A stretch of DNA of 64,000 nt, taken from contig JAAOMT010000699.1 in assembly GCA_016748015.1 (NCBI GenBank), forward strand, positions 186,001 to 250,000, written 5' to 3'. Shown here one piece after another: positions 12,978 to 25,871 of this stretch (position 1 is its first letter; every line of letters starts with the position of its first letter). The notes below the pieces were generated by a model, which was given only the letters and a program-made list of their open reading frames with translations, searched no databases and was not told the origin of the DNA. This DNA comes from Geosiphon pyriformis uo1. Its lineage: Eukaryota; Fungi; Glomeromycota. The translations under genes were made by a program, and so were the position numbers.

Positions 12978-13643
12978 TTACCCGTTTCGAAGCTTCGCAT
13001 AAAGATTAATCAAAGAGAGAGGTAAATAGTTTGCTTTCCGGAAGCATCGAAAGGCTTGATGGACATCTTGAAGGATACCCATCCTTGGAGTATCAATCAA
13101 AAAAGAGATTCCAAGATTTCGATAAGCTCTTGGATTTCCATTTTGTGCCGCTTTCACGTACCAATATACCGCCTTTCGCATATCTATCTTATCAACAAAC
13201 TTTAGATTCAAATAATAATCCCCGAGAGTACGTTGTCCACAAATATTTCCACCTTCAGCCGATTTCTTAATCCAATAAAAACTTAAAGCGAAATCTTTTG
13301 AAATACCCATCCCGTCTCGGTAAGAGTAACCGAGTTGATTTTGGGCAAAGGGGTCATCACCGAACTCGGCGGACATTTTGTAATAAAGGAATGATTTTTC
13401 TGGGTCAATTGGTACATTTAAGCAACCATAATAATAACAGACACCAATTATACAAGCATATTTTGGAGATGTTGGATGTGTGGCGGTTAGAAGTTGAGAG
13501 AATAAATCGCTGGGTGATATTTGGTCTTTGTGATTGGTGACAAATTTTTCTATTATCATAATAAGGTGTTCATCTATTTCCCCAGGGTCTTTAATAGAGT
13601 AGAATGCTTTGTGGAGATCATCGAGAAAATTTTTAGTCTCCAT
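12978..13643 (-). CDS. Sel1-like repeat protein (221 aa, single exon)
   Basis: Repeats GVCYYYG...KSFLYYKMSAEFGD, AQNQLGYSYRDGMG...FYWIKKSAEGGN, KAVYWYVKAAQNGNPRAYRNLG. Confidence 0.9.
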   Translation of the reverse strand: METKNFLDDLHKAFYSIKDPGEIDEHLIMIIEKFVTNHKDQISPSDLFSQLLTATHPTSPKYACIIGVCYYYGCLNVPIDPEKSFLYYKMSAEFGDDPFAQNQLGYSYRDGMGISKDFALSFYWIKKSAEGGNICGQRTLGDYYLNLKFVDKIDMRKAVYWYVKAAQNGNPRAYRNLGISFLIDTPRMGILQDVHQAFRCFRKANYLPLSLINLYAKLRNG

Positions 13644-15723
13644 GTTTGATTTTTTATAAATAGGTGAAAATTGAATTTGAAAGATAACGTTAAAAAGTTG
13701 TCAGATTTATCCATTTTAAAGGTTGCTGAGCCTGCGCGGGATGTCTACTACCCCTGAATCCAGCAACGTGTTTAAGTTTGTACTGCCATTGTGATTTGGT
13801 GAGACACTAGCTTTAGTAGTATGTTTAGAACACTAACTCATTTATTCTAACAAAATATAAGTAAAACTAGACTAACAAAAGGATTTTTATTTATTGTCGG
13901 ATATATGTGTAAAAAACAATAGTTACTTTGAAAACCTTTTAAATCCCAATAATTTTTTAAATTATTCAATAGAATAAAATATTAAATATCGAATAAAAAT
14001 GTAACTAACATAATCGCATTAAACCAGAATTCTTCTTGTTTGATTGGATGATTAAGATTAAGAATCAAAAATTAATTTATCTTCCAAGAATAGTAACTTT
14101 TTACCACCCACATGTTTAAAGTTCAGATTTTTAAGCCCTGGAAAAAAATATTTTAAAACACCAATACACATATTTCTTGAAAATTTGTCCCTTTATGGTA
14201 AGGACAATCTTTAATAATCAACATGTTGTTAAATGAAATAATTTATATTGGTTTAATAAATTCAATTAATATTATTTATGCACAAAATGGCCCCGAATTT
14301 TTTAATTTTAATTTTTTTTATTAAAAGAAAAGAAAACGAAAACCACGATTTCAAAAGAAATGTTATGAAACTTAAAAATATTTTTATTTTTATTTTTATT
14401 ATTAATAATCTTAAAATCAAAAGGAATTCAGATTTTAGACAATATTTCGATGATTAAAGAATATTAACTAAAAATATATTCAGAAAACGTGAGTTGTTCG
14501 TCAGATATAAAGAGAAATATATGAGTTAGAAAAAAAAAATTATATTTATGCTCAAGAAAAATGGACAGGATTTTTGAATTTTCCTTCAAAAAACAAAATA
14601 ATTCAAAAATATTTTTTATCTTTTAACCATCAATTAATTAATTAATTAATTAATTAATTATTGTCAATAATTTTTTCCCATTTAAAATTAATAAAATAGT
14701 GTATTGACAAAAATAATAAATTTTTTTTTGCTATTTTCTACGGGAATATTTTATAGTTATTTTTAAAATAAATTTGTACCTTCTTTTTCAATTTAGGTTT
14801 TAATACAAAATTTTATTTTATTAGATTATTACTTTTGAAAAATAGTAACTCGGAATTCATTCATTCATTCATTCTCTAAACCTTAAAATCAAGCTTATCA
14901 CATGGTTCAACTGAATGGAGACATTAAGCCATCCCACAGCCCCAAATCTTGTATTTTAAAAAGAATTATAGATTAAACAGGTAATATATCTCGAGGATTC
15001 ATATAAAATAAATTTTAAAACCACATTTTAAAAATTTTAAAAAATCCAAGAAAGAAAATATCAAAATCAAAAAATCGGGTTCATTTTTCTAGAAAAAACT
15101 TCTAGATCAGGCATTATAAATATTCCTAACCCTAAACACAATAAACTATGTTTACATGCAAAAAAAGCACCGGAATCCACGCTTGGGCTTGCAAACCTTC
15201 TGACTTTAGATCAGGCTTACTTAAAAAACAAATCGTGATCCATGAATCATCCTTTGTTATTAAATCACTGAAATCAACTTTTCACACTTCCGAAATCGGT
15301 TTCTTATATAGTTATAGATCACGCACATAATGGCTTATTTTTTATTTAATCGTATTTTGGGCCATGGGGCTTGCCACGTTTCAAAAATATATATAAATAA
15401 CTTAATGATGATTTCTCCAACCATTTTAGGAGATCATCGAACATTTGAGGGTCAGTCGGTTTGTAAAAATATACGTTGCATAGTAATACCATGCTCTAAA
15501 CAAAGCCTGGCCCTATAGAGTAAATTCTCACAGTCTTAATTAACTTCTTTTAACCAACTATCTTAGCCAGTTAGAGCTATATCGCTTACAGAACTTGTCA
15601 CTTTCTTTGATAAGCCACAGCGTTGTCAAACTTGGGAAAACTTTTGAGCGTTGAAATTTTAAAAAAAGCTGTTTTGAGAATAAATTGACTTGGCATAAAA
15701 AAGTTAACCAAAGAGTCGGAGAG

Positions 15724-17244
15724 ATGCAAGATTTATTTGAAAACGTCTCTCTTGCCGCTTTTTTGACACCTAGCACACGGCTTACTTTGACAGACGCTGA
15801 AGAGGTTTCAATAGCTTCAAATAACCCTTGGAACTTAACCAAAAGAAAATCACCTACTTCTTCGTTTTCACGTGTTGGAAAACGGCCCTCTCTTGAAAAG
15901 ACATTCAATACGCCTAATAGAATTTCGCCAATTCCGACTAATACGCACCCTCTTAATCATGAGAGAAATACTTCAGTAACAACTCAAAAGAAATTTTCAA
16001 CTGGCAGTAAAGATTATGAAGCTCGAACAAATCTTAGACAAAGACGCGGTTTTTCTTCACTTGGAAATGAAAGTGACTACAATTTATCGCTGAAGGAAAG
16101 GGGACCTAACCGATTTCCTTCAATACGTAATCGAGATAGTCTACTCAATATTAATGTGAATACATTTGATGAACCTCATTTTTCAAAAAGCTCAAAGACA
16201 TCCAAAGAACAGCGAAGAGAACATGAAAGTAGGACTGTGATTGTGCATGTTGTAAAATCATCAGATACTTTGGTCGGAATCGCCTTGTTTTATGGAATCG
16301 AGGTCAGTTCCAATATTATAAAAGCTAAAGCCTTAATTTTGAAATTTTTTTATTATATAACCTATGGATATATCAATTTTTAGATTTCTGCTTTGCAAAA
16401 GGCAAATAAACTTTGGACCAGTGATTCGATACATATGCATAAGTATTTGTATGTACCACTTGATGAGTGCAAATTAGATAATGCCGAAGATACTGTACTC
16501 TTTGAAGATGACCGTATTCACATAGCTAAACATCGCTCGTCGGCATCTGAATCTTCACGACCTTCAGTTTCATCGATTTCTTCCTCCCCCTCAACCCCCT
16601 TTACATTTTACGATAGGGAGCTGTTATCATCACTATCAGATTTGAATATATTTGAGAATCATGGACGAAAAATGTCGAATGTTTCCACCGCAACAATCTG
16701 GTCGACTTCATCACTGGCCAGTTCATCTTCATCTCCAACCTCAAATATCAGTCAAAGCATTTCAAACGTTGCTACGTTCACGAGTGCTGACCTTCAAGAA
16801 CTGCCTGCAGCACAATTATCCTTTTTTCCACCGCACCGTACGAACATTGATTCAAAAAAATCTAACAGCCCGCTCTTTAAAAACCCATCCATAATAACAC
16901 CTTCACCGAGGCCAATATCTCTTTATCAAAAGAATAGACCAAATAACGGCGTTTCGTTCCCACTTCCTCTTGCTACCACCCACACTCAACCAAGAATTGT
17001 TGACAAAATTTTATCAAAATTGGAAATTGTTGGCGATAAATATCTTAAGCGAGGATTCGGCTCAATTGGAATTGGGATCGGGAGAAAAATACAAGGCAGT
17101 GTAGTTGATGGTTTTTGGAGGGAAACTCGTTATGACTCAACAGAATTATTGGTCGGAACTTTTAAAAAGAACGATGATCTGAATCTTGGTGGAAGTGGTA
17201 CAAGCATACCCCAAGGTGATGATCTCGCCTGGCCCGCATTTTAA
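15724..17244 (+). CDS. LysM-domain protein with long Ser-rich low-complexity flanks, 2 exons
   Basis: Intron 16303-16383 (GTCAGT...TAG) joins HVVKSSDTLVGIALFYGIE to ISALQKANKLWTSDSIHMHKYLYVP, forming a complete LysM motif. No signal peptide seen. Confidence 0.88.
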
Positions 17245-17727
17245 TCTAAAAGTTGGCTAACAAATTTAATAAACTACTTTGTGTAAATACTCAAATTTCT
17301 CTTTTAATATTAGAATGCTCACTTGATTTTTGGTTATATCCTTTCCATAGTTTGTAAATATTTAATCATTAATTCAGTAATCAATTATTCAATCAACCAA
17401 AATGAAACGATTAAAAGTTTCCAACCTTTCGCTTTAAACCTAAGACCGACTTATACGAAAACTTTCTTTGAAATAGCCTTATAAAATAACCGCCTTTTCG
17501 ATTTCTAGAATCCATAATATAGGTGAAAATTTTCACAATTGAGACATTTCGACAGCGATCAAAGCTGTGGTAATTTTTGGAATTTAATTCCCCATATACA
17601 TTCTCAGAATAATTGATTGGATAAACTTTCTTTAATATCAAATTGAAATCTATTTATTAGAAGTTAAATTAAATACCTCAAGATTGAAAATGGCCAAGTA
17701 ATTAACCTTTTAAAGTCAATTTTTGAT

Positions 17728-18439
17728 TCAACTAATAGTATCCGCGATATCAAACTCTTCAATGATTGTAACAGTAGTTAGCGTATCTCTTGTCCTGAAT
17801 TCAATTTTCTGTTCATCAGAGGGGTATTCTTTCTTTAACTGATCGTTTTCTTCTTTATCTTTTACACCATCCTCAATATCATTGCTATTATTATTATTTT
17901 CTTCCTCGCCTTCCAATAGATTGCTTTCTTTTAAATAAAATAATGTTAAATGAATGTCCCAAACGATATAACGAGAAAAAACCAGTTGTTACATACTATC
18001 AATAAATGATTGCAAATTTTTCAAACGCTCTTCCACCTCTTTCTTACGGGCTTCTCGCGCCTATCAAAGTTTCAGTTTAGAAACAAAAATAATTAGTAAC
18101 CAGAAAGCATATCACAATTTAAAGCTATCGGAACTGACCTCTTTCACTATCTTGGCATGTTCCTTTTTCGCTAGTAGTCGAGCATGCTCTTGCGCCTTTG
18201 CTTTACGTTCTACCTTGCGTTTATGAAAGCCAGTAAGGAATTCTCTTTGAATAAAGGTATAGTGAAAAAATCACCTTTATTGGTTGTATATAAAGACTTG
18301 ATTAGAAAAGTCAACATAGGATTAAAGCTTACTTTCGAGCAGCATCGTCAAAAACTATTTCTTTCGGTTGTTCTCGTTTCCTTTTTCGTTTTTTGGCGTA
18401 TATCTGTGCACCCGTGGAGAGAATAGTTATGTTGTCCAT
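17728..18439 (-). CDS. RRP17: Ribosomal RNA-processing protein 17 (Nop25/Rrp17 family), about 4 exons
   Basis: Spliced MDNITILSTGAQIYAKKRK...EIVFDDAARK|EFLTGFHKRKVERK...; acidic linker, then TTVTIIEEFD at the C-terminus. Confidence 0.88.
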
Positions 18440-21400
18440 TTGTTCTTGATATCAAAATGTTACCAGAAAGTTATACTTTCGCAAAAATGATTGCAGATCA
18501 ATTATCTAAATCAAAAATTTCTAGTAAGTCAAGCCGATCACATGACTAGTCATATTGGATCGTGTTATTTCTTTTTTCTGAATTTGTCAAATTGTTCAAT
18601 TGATTCCAAACCAATTTCTTCAAAAGTTTCTTCATACTTTAAGTGGTAAAAATATTAATTATATTTACTTAGTTTAAATTATATAATAATGCTATCTGTG
18701 TGTTATAATTTAAGTGGTAATAAGTTACCACATTTAAAAATCATCAAATAACAACAAATTTGTTACTTACAAATCTGTTGTTATTTGAAACAAAGACTTA
18801 TAAAAGTTTATTTCAAGTAAATTCAAATCTTAGTGTATTTCCCAATTTTTAAGAAATTTTTATGATCATATAAACTATTCAATGTTAAAATAAAATAACT
18901 ATTAAAATTTATCCCAATTCAAGAATGTATTAAAACTTATGTTGTTTATATAACATAATTTTAAAAATTTTGTTAATAATTTCTTTAGTTATCAATTGAT
19001 TTAATAAAGTTTGAATAAAACAAATATTTTAATCAAAAAATTTGATAAACTTTACATTTTTTTTAAAAAATTATTTTTATAAAAGAATAAAAAATGTTGT
19101 AAAAAACAATCAGGTTAAATTTAATTAACTTTATTTAACTTTTTGGTTTTAATTAAAAATTTTACTATTCGTCATTTTTTTATTTTTTATTAATATATAC
19201 TTTTTTTATAATTTATGTTATAATATATATATATATATGTTCTATAATAATTATAAACTATATATTTTCATATGTAACTGATTAGCATAATTAATTAAAA
19301 CTACCTTACAATAATGCACTTTCTATAGATTTTAGTTTATTACATATTTTAATCTTAGATCTTTTCAATATGTTGCAAAAGCATTAAAATTGTCTTTATT
19401 TGCAAAAACATTCAATATTAAAGTCGAAATATTTAGAACACTTTTAATATTTATATTATTTTAAAAATTCAATAAATTATACTTTTAATAAAAAACAAAA
19501 AAACTGTTTTATAAATAAAACAAAGTAACAATAATAAAAAATAAATAACTAGAAAATAAACAGTTTAATTATAAATTTGGACGATTAAATTAATAATTTT
19601 ATAAACTGTATATTTAATTAACTTAAGCTAAATTTTTAAAATAAATAACAGTATATTGCCACAAATTAGCAGATTCAATTTGATAATAAAAACTTTATTA
19701 AACACTTTAAAAACTTTTTTGAAAAATGTGTTAAAAAAAATATTTAAAAAGTATAATAACAACAGATTTAGCAATCTTAAATACAATAAAAATAAATAAT
19801 TTGAGAAACATATTTAAAGATTTTTAAATGAATTTTTATAAAACAGTTCTCATATAATATAATTTAATTTTTGGTAAAATATTGTATATTAAATCAAAAA
19901 TTATCTGTTCAGAAAATTTTTAACAGTTGATAATACTTCTAAATTATTAATTGTATTATTAAAAATTGCAACAGCATTAAATAAATATTGCTTTAATTTT
20001 CACAATATTAATCCAATTTTTTAGAATAGATAACATTATTTGTTAACTAAATAAAAATACATGTTAAAATACAACTTGCTTTTTTTTTAATAATAGGTAA
20101 CAATTAATTAAATATACATTTGCAAAAAATCAGATGTAAATTTTATATGTTTTAATAAATACATTATTGTTTATAACTGAATCGAAATTAATAAAGAAAA
20201 ACCAGAAATAAGTAAAAAAACAAAAGAAACTGGCTTAAAATTAGCATTAATAAGTTGAAAGTTTTTAAAAAACACAAAGCTATTTTGAAAAATGTTAGAA
20301 AAACTAATATTTATACTAATAGAATATAAAAATATACAAAAAAAGAGGCTTATTTTCAAAAAAATATTAAATCATCTATACGAAAACTAAAACCACCTTT
20401 TGAATTTTAAGATTAACTAACTACCAACTTTGTTGAAATTAATATATTGAATTTTAAGCTTGAAAACAATTTATAATAAAAAATTTTTATTTGTAAAAAA
20501 TAATTAAAATAGTTGTAAATTTAACCGTGTTTAATAAAAAAGTGCCTTGCAAAATTATATAAAAATAAATATTTACATAAATATATTATTTGTCAGTTTG
20601 TAAATTGAAAAAAATGTCGTAATAATATTAATCAAAACCCAGTTACAATAATTTTGATATTTTACAATATGTACAGATTCTTACCAAAAGTTTATTAATT
20701 ATTAATATAGATAATTTTTTTATTCTTTTTACAATTAAATGTTATATTATAAAAACGCTTTTTATATAAACTTAACAAGTTCTGCTATTAACTAATAAAT
20801 AAAATCAAATTTTTATTAAAAAAGCAAAAATAAGTTGTACTTATAATTTTTTCACTTTAGATAAGAAATTACAATGTTATAATTTAAATAATACTAAACA
20901 TTATGTTTAATTTATTTTGGTTTTTTGAGCCAATATGTATAAAACTTAAATATAACATAATACATACAAATACACAAAACTGAACAAAATCATTTGTCAA
21001 ATTAGAAAATATGAAAATAAAAAAATACTGAAATTTTTTTTAGATTTTAAGACCACAAATTACTTCATTAATAAATTTGCCAAAAAACAATAACTAAATT
21101 TTAATTGGACTCCATTAAAATAATTAGATAGATATTTGTTTTTCAATAACTCAAATATATTTTGAATTTGTTTCATAACTATATATGTTTTTTGCTTTAT
21201 TATTGGTTTGACCAGTGAACATTCACGAGATTTAAACATAATTATCTCTTGGATTTTAAAAGACACAAAAACACTTAAAATTAGTGGTTGTTGAATTTTT
21301 TCATATTGAGAAGAGTAACATCAATAATTGTTAATTTTTGTTTGTTTTGGAACTTAATCATCATCCTAAGGATTTAAGTTGTAATTCATTAGGACATGCT

Positions 21401-21901
21401 GTGCTCGGCGGGGCCAGTGCCAGGTCGGCTTAAAGCCTTGAACGCAGGTAATCTGAAAGGTCACATGCGCCCCAACAATACAACCTGAATTTCTGACAAT
21501 CTCGAAGGTCACCTGCGCTCTAATACTATTTTGCCCATTTCCTTACTCATTTATCGATTAATGACTGTAATTTTTCTCCTCTGCGATTTTATCACTGTTA
21601 GCAATAAGTTAGAGTAACATTGTGTCTTTAGTTCGAACTGTTCAAACTCACACTCGTTTCAAAAATCCATTATATTCCATTTGGAAGTTTTGTGTGATCG
21701 AAATATTTATGTTGAAGAAATGCGATTAGAATCATATGGTTTTAGAAGCGTGTTTGCTGAAACATATGAGAAATGAAGAACTTATTGTACAAAAAAATAT
21801 TACGTTACAGGTTTAGAGAGACCAAAATAATAATAGTAAAGGTAAAAAAAATAATCAGGAGATAAAATAGAAAATGCAGATTCCCATAAGACCTTGAGAT
21901 A

Positions 21902-22660
21902 CAGTGCAGAAAAGTCATTGTATCACCCAGAAAACTTTATTAAAATTTAGATATCACATTTTGTAATTAACTATTGTAAGACAATTATCGATTATTAAGA
22001 CAATAAGTTCGCTCAAGGTGGCGTATTTCTTATATGGTTTTATTGCTCATTTCAGATTGTCTTAATACAAATGATTCAAGAGAAAAAAAAATTACTTAAA
22101 TTTTATATACTGAACCTGGAAGAGAGTCCTCAGAAATGAATTAACAATCTTTTGGATATAAAAAAAGTATTCTACCCGTATTTCTATAGAAAACGCGTAA
22201 GAATATATACCTTCTTGAAGGATATTCTACCAGAAAGTTGCTTCTCATAAAGATGTAACACAATCTACGGTTATATGCATATGAAAAAAGTAAAAAATGA
22301 AACTGGTATTTTCACAAAAAACACAGATCTGGACGCCCGCGACTTTTAACTAAACGTGATGAACGAAAAATTATTCATTTATTTCTACTCAAGAATGTTC
22401 AACAGCAGTAGAAATTTTAAAATAACAATAATATTAATTTTAGTGTTGAAACTGTTCCGGCGAAATGGTTTACAAGCACGAATTAAAAAAAAAACCTTAC
22501 CTAAAAAAAATATCGATTTGATTTGAACATTTATGGGAGATTGATTGACGTCTTCGCCATCTACCTGAGCAAGTTCATAGCAATAAAGATTTGTGGGAAA
22601 AAATTCAACACATTGGGAATAATATTGAAATCGAAGTTTATTGAATTAAATGGAATGACA
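21902..22660 (+). mobile_element. Tc1-like transposon remnant (left end plus deleted transposase)
   Basis: TA-CAGTG start at 21900-21906. Fragments SGRPRLLTKRDERKIIHL (~22328), RRNGLQARIKKK, EHLW and KDLWEKIQ, with frameshifts. No right TIR found. Confidence 0.7.
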
Positions 22661-23739
22661 GATGTGGATACAAGATGGTAAACGTAATAGAATCATAAGA
22701 CAATCGTTTATCGTAACCATATCTGCAAGAATATTCCTTAATATTTAAATTATTTGACATATGCACAAAAATAGATCTTGACGAAAGATTTAATTTTAAT
22801 AAATTTCTCTGGTTATACTATTTATTGGATAAATTTTGGAATAAAAATTAATTTTTTCAAAATATAAAATATAAAATATAAATTTTATCATTTTTAATGC
22901 AGTAAAATAGATGATATTTAAAGACGTCCAATATTTAAGCAAGGATGGAGTTCCAGAAATCTAGCCATAATCTCAAGGGATATAGTTCTTTAAGGCAACC
23001 GAACGTGTTGATTAACAATCATTACAAGAAGTAAAATAATATTCCCTGAGTTAAAAGAACGATTCAAGACGATTTGAATAACCCTTTAAAACTGAGAATT
23101 AGTAAAATTGTTGTTTGCTGGGAATGGTCTTGATGGTTTGTTACCTAAATAATTAGTAATCCAAAAATAAACTTCAATTCTAGCTTTCAATAATATGAAT
23201 TGTGTTTTCAATAAAATATCATACGATTCAATTGCTGCTTTTCAGTGGTCAATGGAAAGATTTCTAATTGGAAAAAAAGAATTTTTAGCCAGAAATTGAT
23301 TATTCACTATATCGTTACTTTTGGAGCTCCAAAGAGTTGCAAATAAGGAATTTAGTGTAACACTGGGGAAACGATCATATTTCATACTTTCCATTGGCTT
23401 CAATGGGGTATAAACATTTTGGTATTGAAAAATTTATGCTAGCTATTTTAGGAATGTAACGCAGTTTAATCAATAGACGAGGTTCCAGAACAATTTTTTC
23501 ATGATCCTTGAAATAGGCAATTGCAGATGTATATATAGTTCAATGAACTTGACAAACAAATAAAAAAATGTTCCATTATCAGCCATTTTAAGATGATTGC
23601 ATTGAAAACTTGGTTACGGGAAAAATCTACCTGCAATTACTTAGTATTAAATTGGAAACGGATATTATCAGATTTACCAAAAAAATCAAGCAAAGATTTT
23701 TGCATGAGATGGATTCTGTGCAAAAGGTAAGACTAGCCT

Positions 23740-23880
23740 TTTTTGCTTTTGGCAAATAATAACATGTTCTTTCTATGTCAAAGTTCTTCAAAAACATACA
23801 AGTCATGTAACTTGAGAATTTCTTTGATGTAGTGTGTCTGAACTTGTCAAATAGTCCAGATCTTAATCCTATAGAAATTT
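23740..23880 (+). mobile_element. Tc1/mariner DDE transposase fragment
   Basis: tca aat agt cca gat ctt aat cct ata gaa encodes SNSPDLNPIE, the canonical Tc1 catalytic motif. Confidence 0.65.
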
Positions 23881-24127
23881 CTTGAAATATTGCTTGAAAA
23901 ATATATATATAAAAATAAAATCACACTAGGAAGATTTTTTGAAAATCCTATTCCTGGAAGAAAGTTAATCTCAAAAGTTAAAAATATGCAATCACATTGT
24001 AATGCATTTTATATTGTAGATTTCATTTTAAAACAAGAATTGAGACTACTCTTATTCAGCAACTGTTATTTTTAAGTTCAAATGTTCGTGGTTTAGAATT
24101 TTGATCATCTTTATAAAGATTCTAAAA

Positions 24128-25871
24128 CTAATCTTTAAAAATTTGTTCGGAATGACCGTTACCAATGCCATTTCCATTGGTCAAATATGATTTCTGTCCA
24201 TATAAGGCATTTCCATTTCCTTGCAACAATTTACTTCCCTCCCCATTCATTTTCCCCATTTTCGGTTTCCCTTTTAGCGGCACAAGACAACAACATACCA
24301 AACTGCGTATTCTCACGCATAGTCCTCTAGTTCGTTGTTTGAATGGGTAGGTTTTTAAGAAAGAAAAGAAAGGTTTTTGCTCGGTAATTCGATCACTTCG
24401 AAGTTTGTGTGAGCTGTCAATGCAAACATATATACAAATCTGAAAAATTTAAAAAGTTTTCAATATTAGTGAAGTTTGGTTATCTCAAAAAAACAGGATT
24501 AAAAAATTGAGAAAGTTCTGCTAACACATATGGATGAAATAACCCCTAAAGCAGTCGATGCAGAAATCATAAACATTATGATTTGCTGGTATTTTACGGC
24601 ATCCATAATCGAGGCACCCCCAATAATTTGGCCTGTCATCATTCCCGGAATCGAGATAAAACCGGTGACACTTTAAATTCATGTTCATGAGTATCTGTTA
24701 ATTTTGTAAGTTCCAAAGGAAAACATGAATTTTTTTCAAAAGGATCAAAAGCATACCCCATGCTATTAATTGTTGGTAGCATTGCTAATCGAATCGCTTC
24801 TATAGCTAACGGGCGACCTGCTTCCCATCGTGTAGCGCCAAATGATAAGAAGGTTTCGATTCTTTCTTTTTGATCGCTTTTACGCAGTTGAGAATGGTGT
24901 TAACCAATATGTAAACAAAATAATATCAGCTTATCATTTTATAAGAAATTATTTCTCACCCTAGTTGTGAAAGACAATAAGATACCCCAACCGCAATACC
25001 AGACATGCAGTTCCCAAGTAACATACCCATCGTTGGTATAAATTGTTGTGGCGACCAGAATGGATCTTGTGACATTGCAAATCGGGTTCCTGAGATTGTC
25101 ACCAAATGGAATTAGAAAACGAGGTGGCATATGCAGTTCTAAGATCGGCAGCAAGAATACCTATGATTCCCACGATCAATGTACTTAATCCTAAAGACAA
25201 CAATGCCGAAAAGAACTAAATTTGCACAAATTTATTAAAAGGATTCTGCCTAAAAACTTTTTGGAAATTGTCAATATATAATTTTTAACTTACTAATCCT
25301 GTATGCTGCCGTTTAGCCTTGTTAAATACGATTTCGTTTGCACCGAGGAATATTAGCAGGACTATAATAAGTAGAAATGTCAATGATGACGTAACTTATG
25401 GACGAAAAATGCTACTCTTAGCCTTCTCAAGACTTACAAACTAGTCCCATTATCATGAAAGGATTTCGCGTTTTAAACACGTCTTCTAATATTAGCCCCT
25501 AATCGAAAAGATCAAAAATATTTCAACCTCAGGTTTGTTTCCGGTCGCAGGAAATCAACCGAATTTAACATACCAAAATTGTCAATTGCACAAAACATCG
25601 TATCGCACTTATGAACAAAGATTTTTCGAGTCGCAATCCGAGCCATATTGATATAGTACCTAACCAAGAAATATAGTTTTAAGGCCACGGTTTGCAGATT
25701 AAACGGATATAAGCCATCCAACCTACCATTTAATAAAATAAAGAATGAAGCAAGGGCAACATTCCACCAATGCAAAGGAACCGTTTCAGGTCTTTGAGGA
25801 CATGTTCCGTTATTATTTAAACTTTCGTATGCTAAGATATCGAGTTGTGGTAGGAGATGAAATGTACTCAT
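24128..25871 (-). CDS. UPF0014 membrane protein (FetB/YbbM, STAR2/ALS3-like ABC permease subunit), multi-exon; 5' start uncertain (may extend to ~26164)
   Basis: Spliced: LHWWNVALASFFILLN, LGLRLEKSLFISAIRCFVQLTIL, FIPTMGMLLGNCMSGIAVG, RIETFLSFGATRWEA, AIRLAMLPTINSM, GFISIPGMMTGQIIGG, AVKYQQIIMFMI. Confidence 0.88.

Noticed and set aside
13721-13768. GC-rich stem gttgctg...cagcaac upstream of the Sel1 gene
   Set aside because: Only a 7-bp stem; could be chance within a promoter.
21395-21475. Possible tRNA (including tRNA-Sec)
   Set aside because: No convincing acceptor stem, D arm or T arm on either strand.
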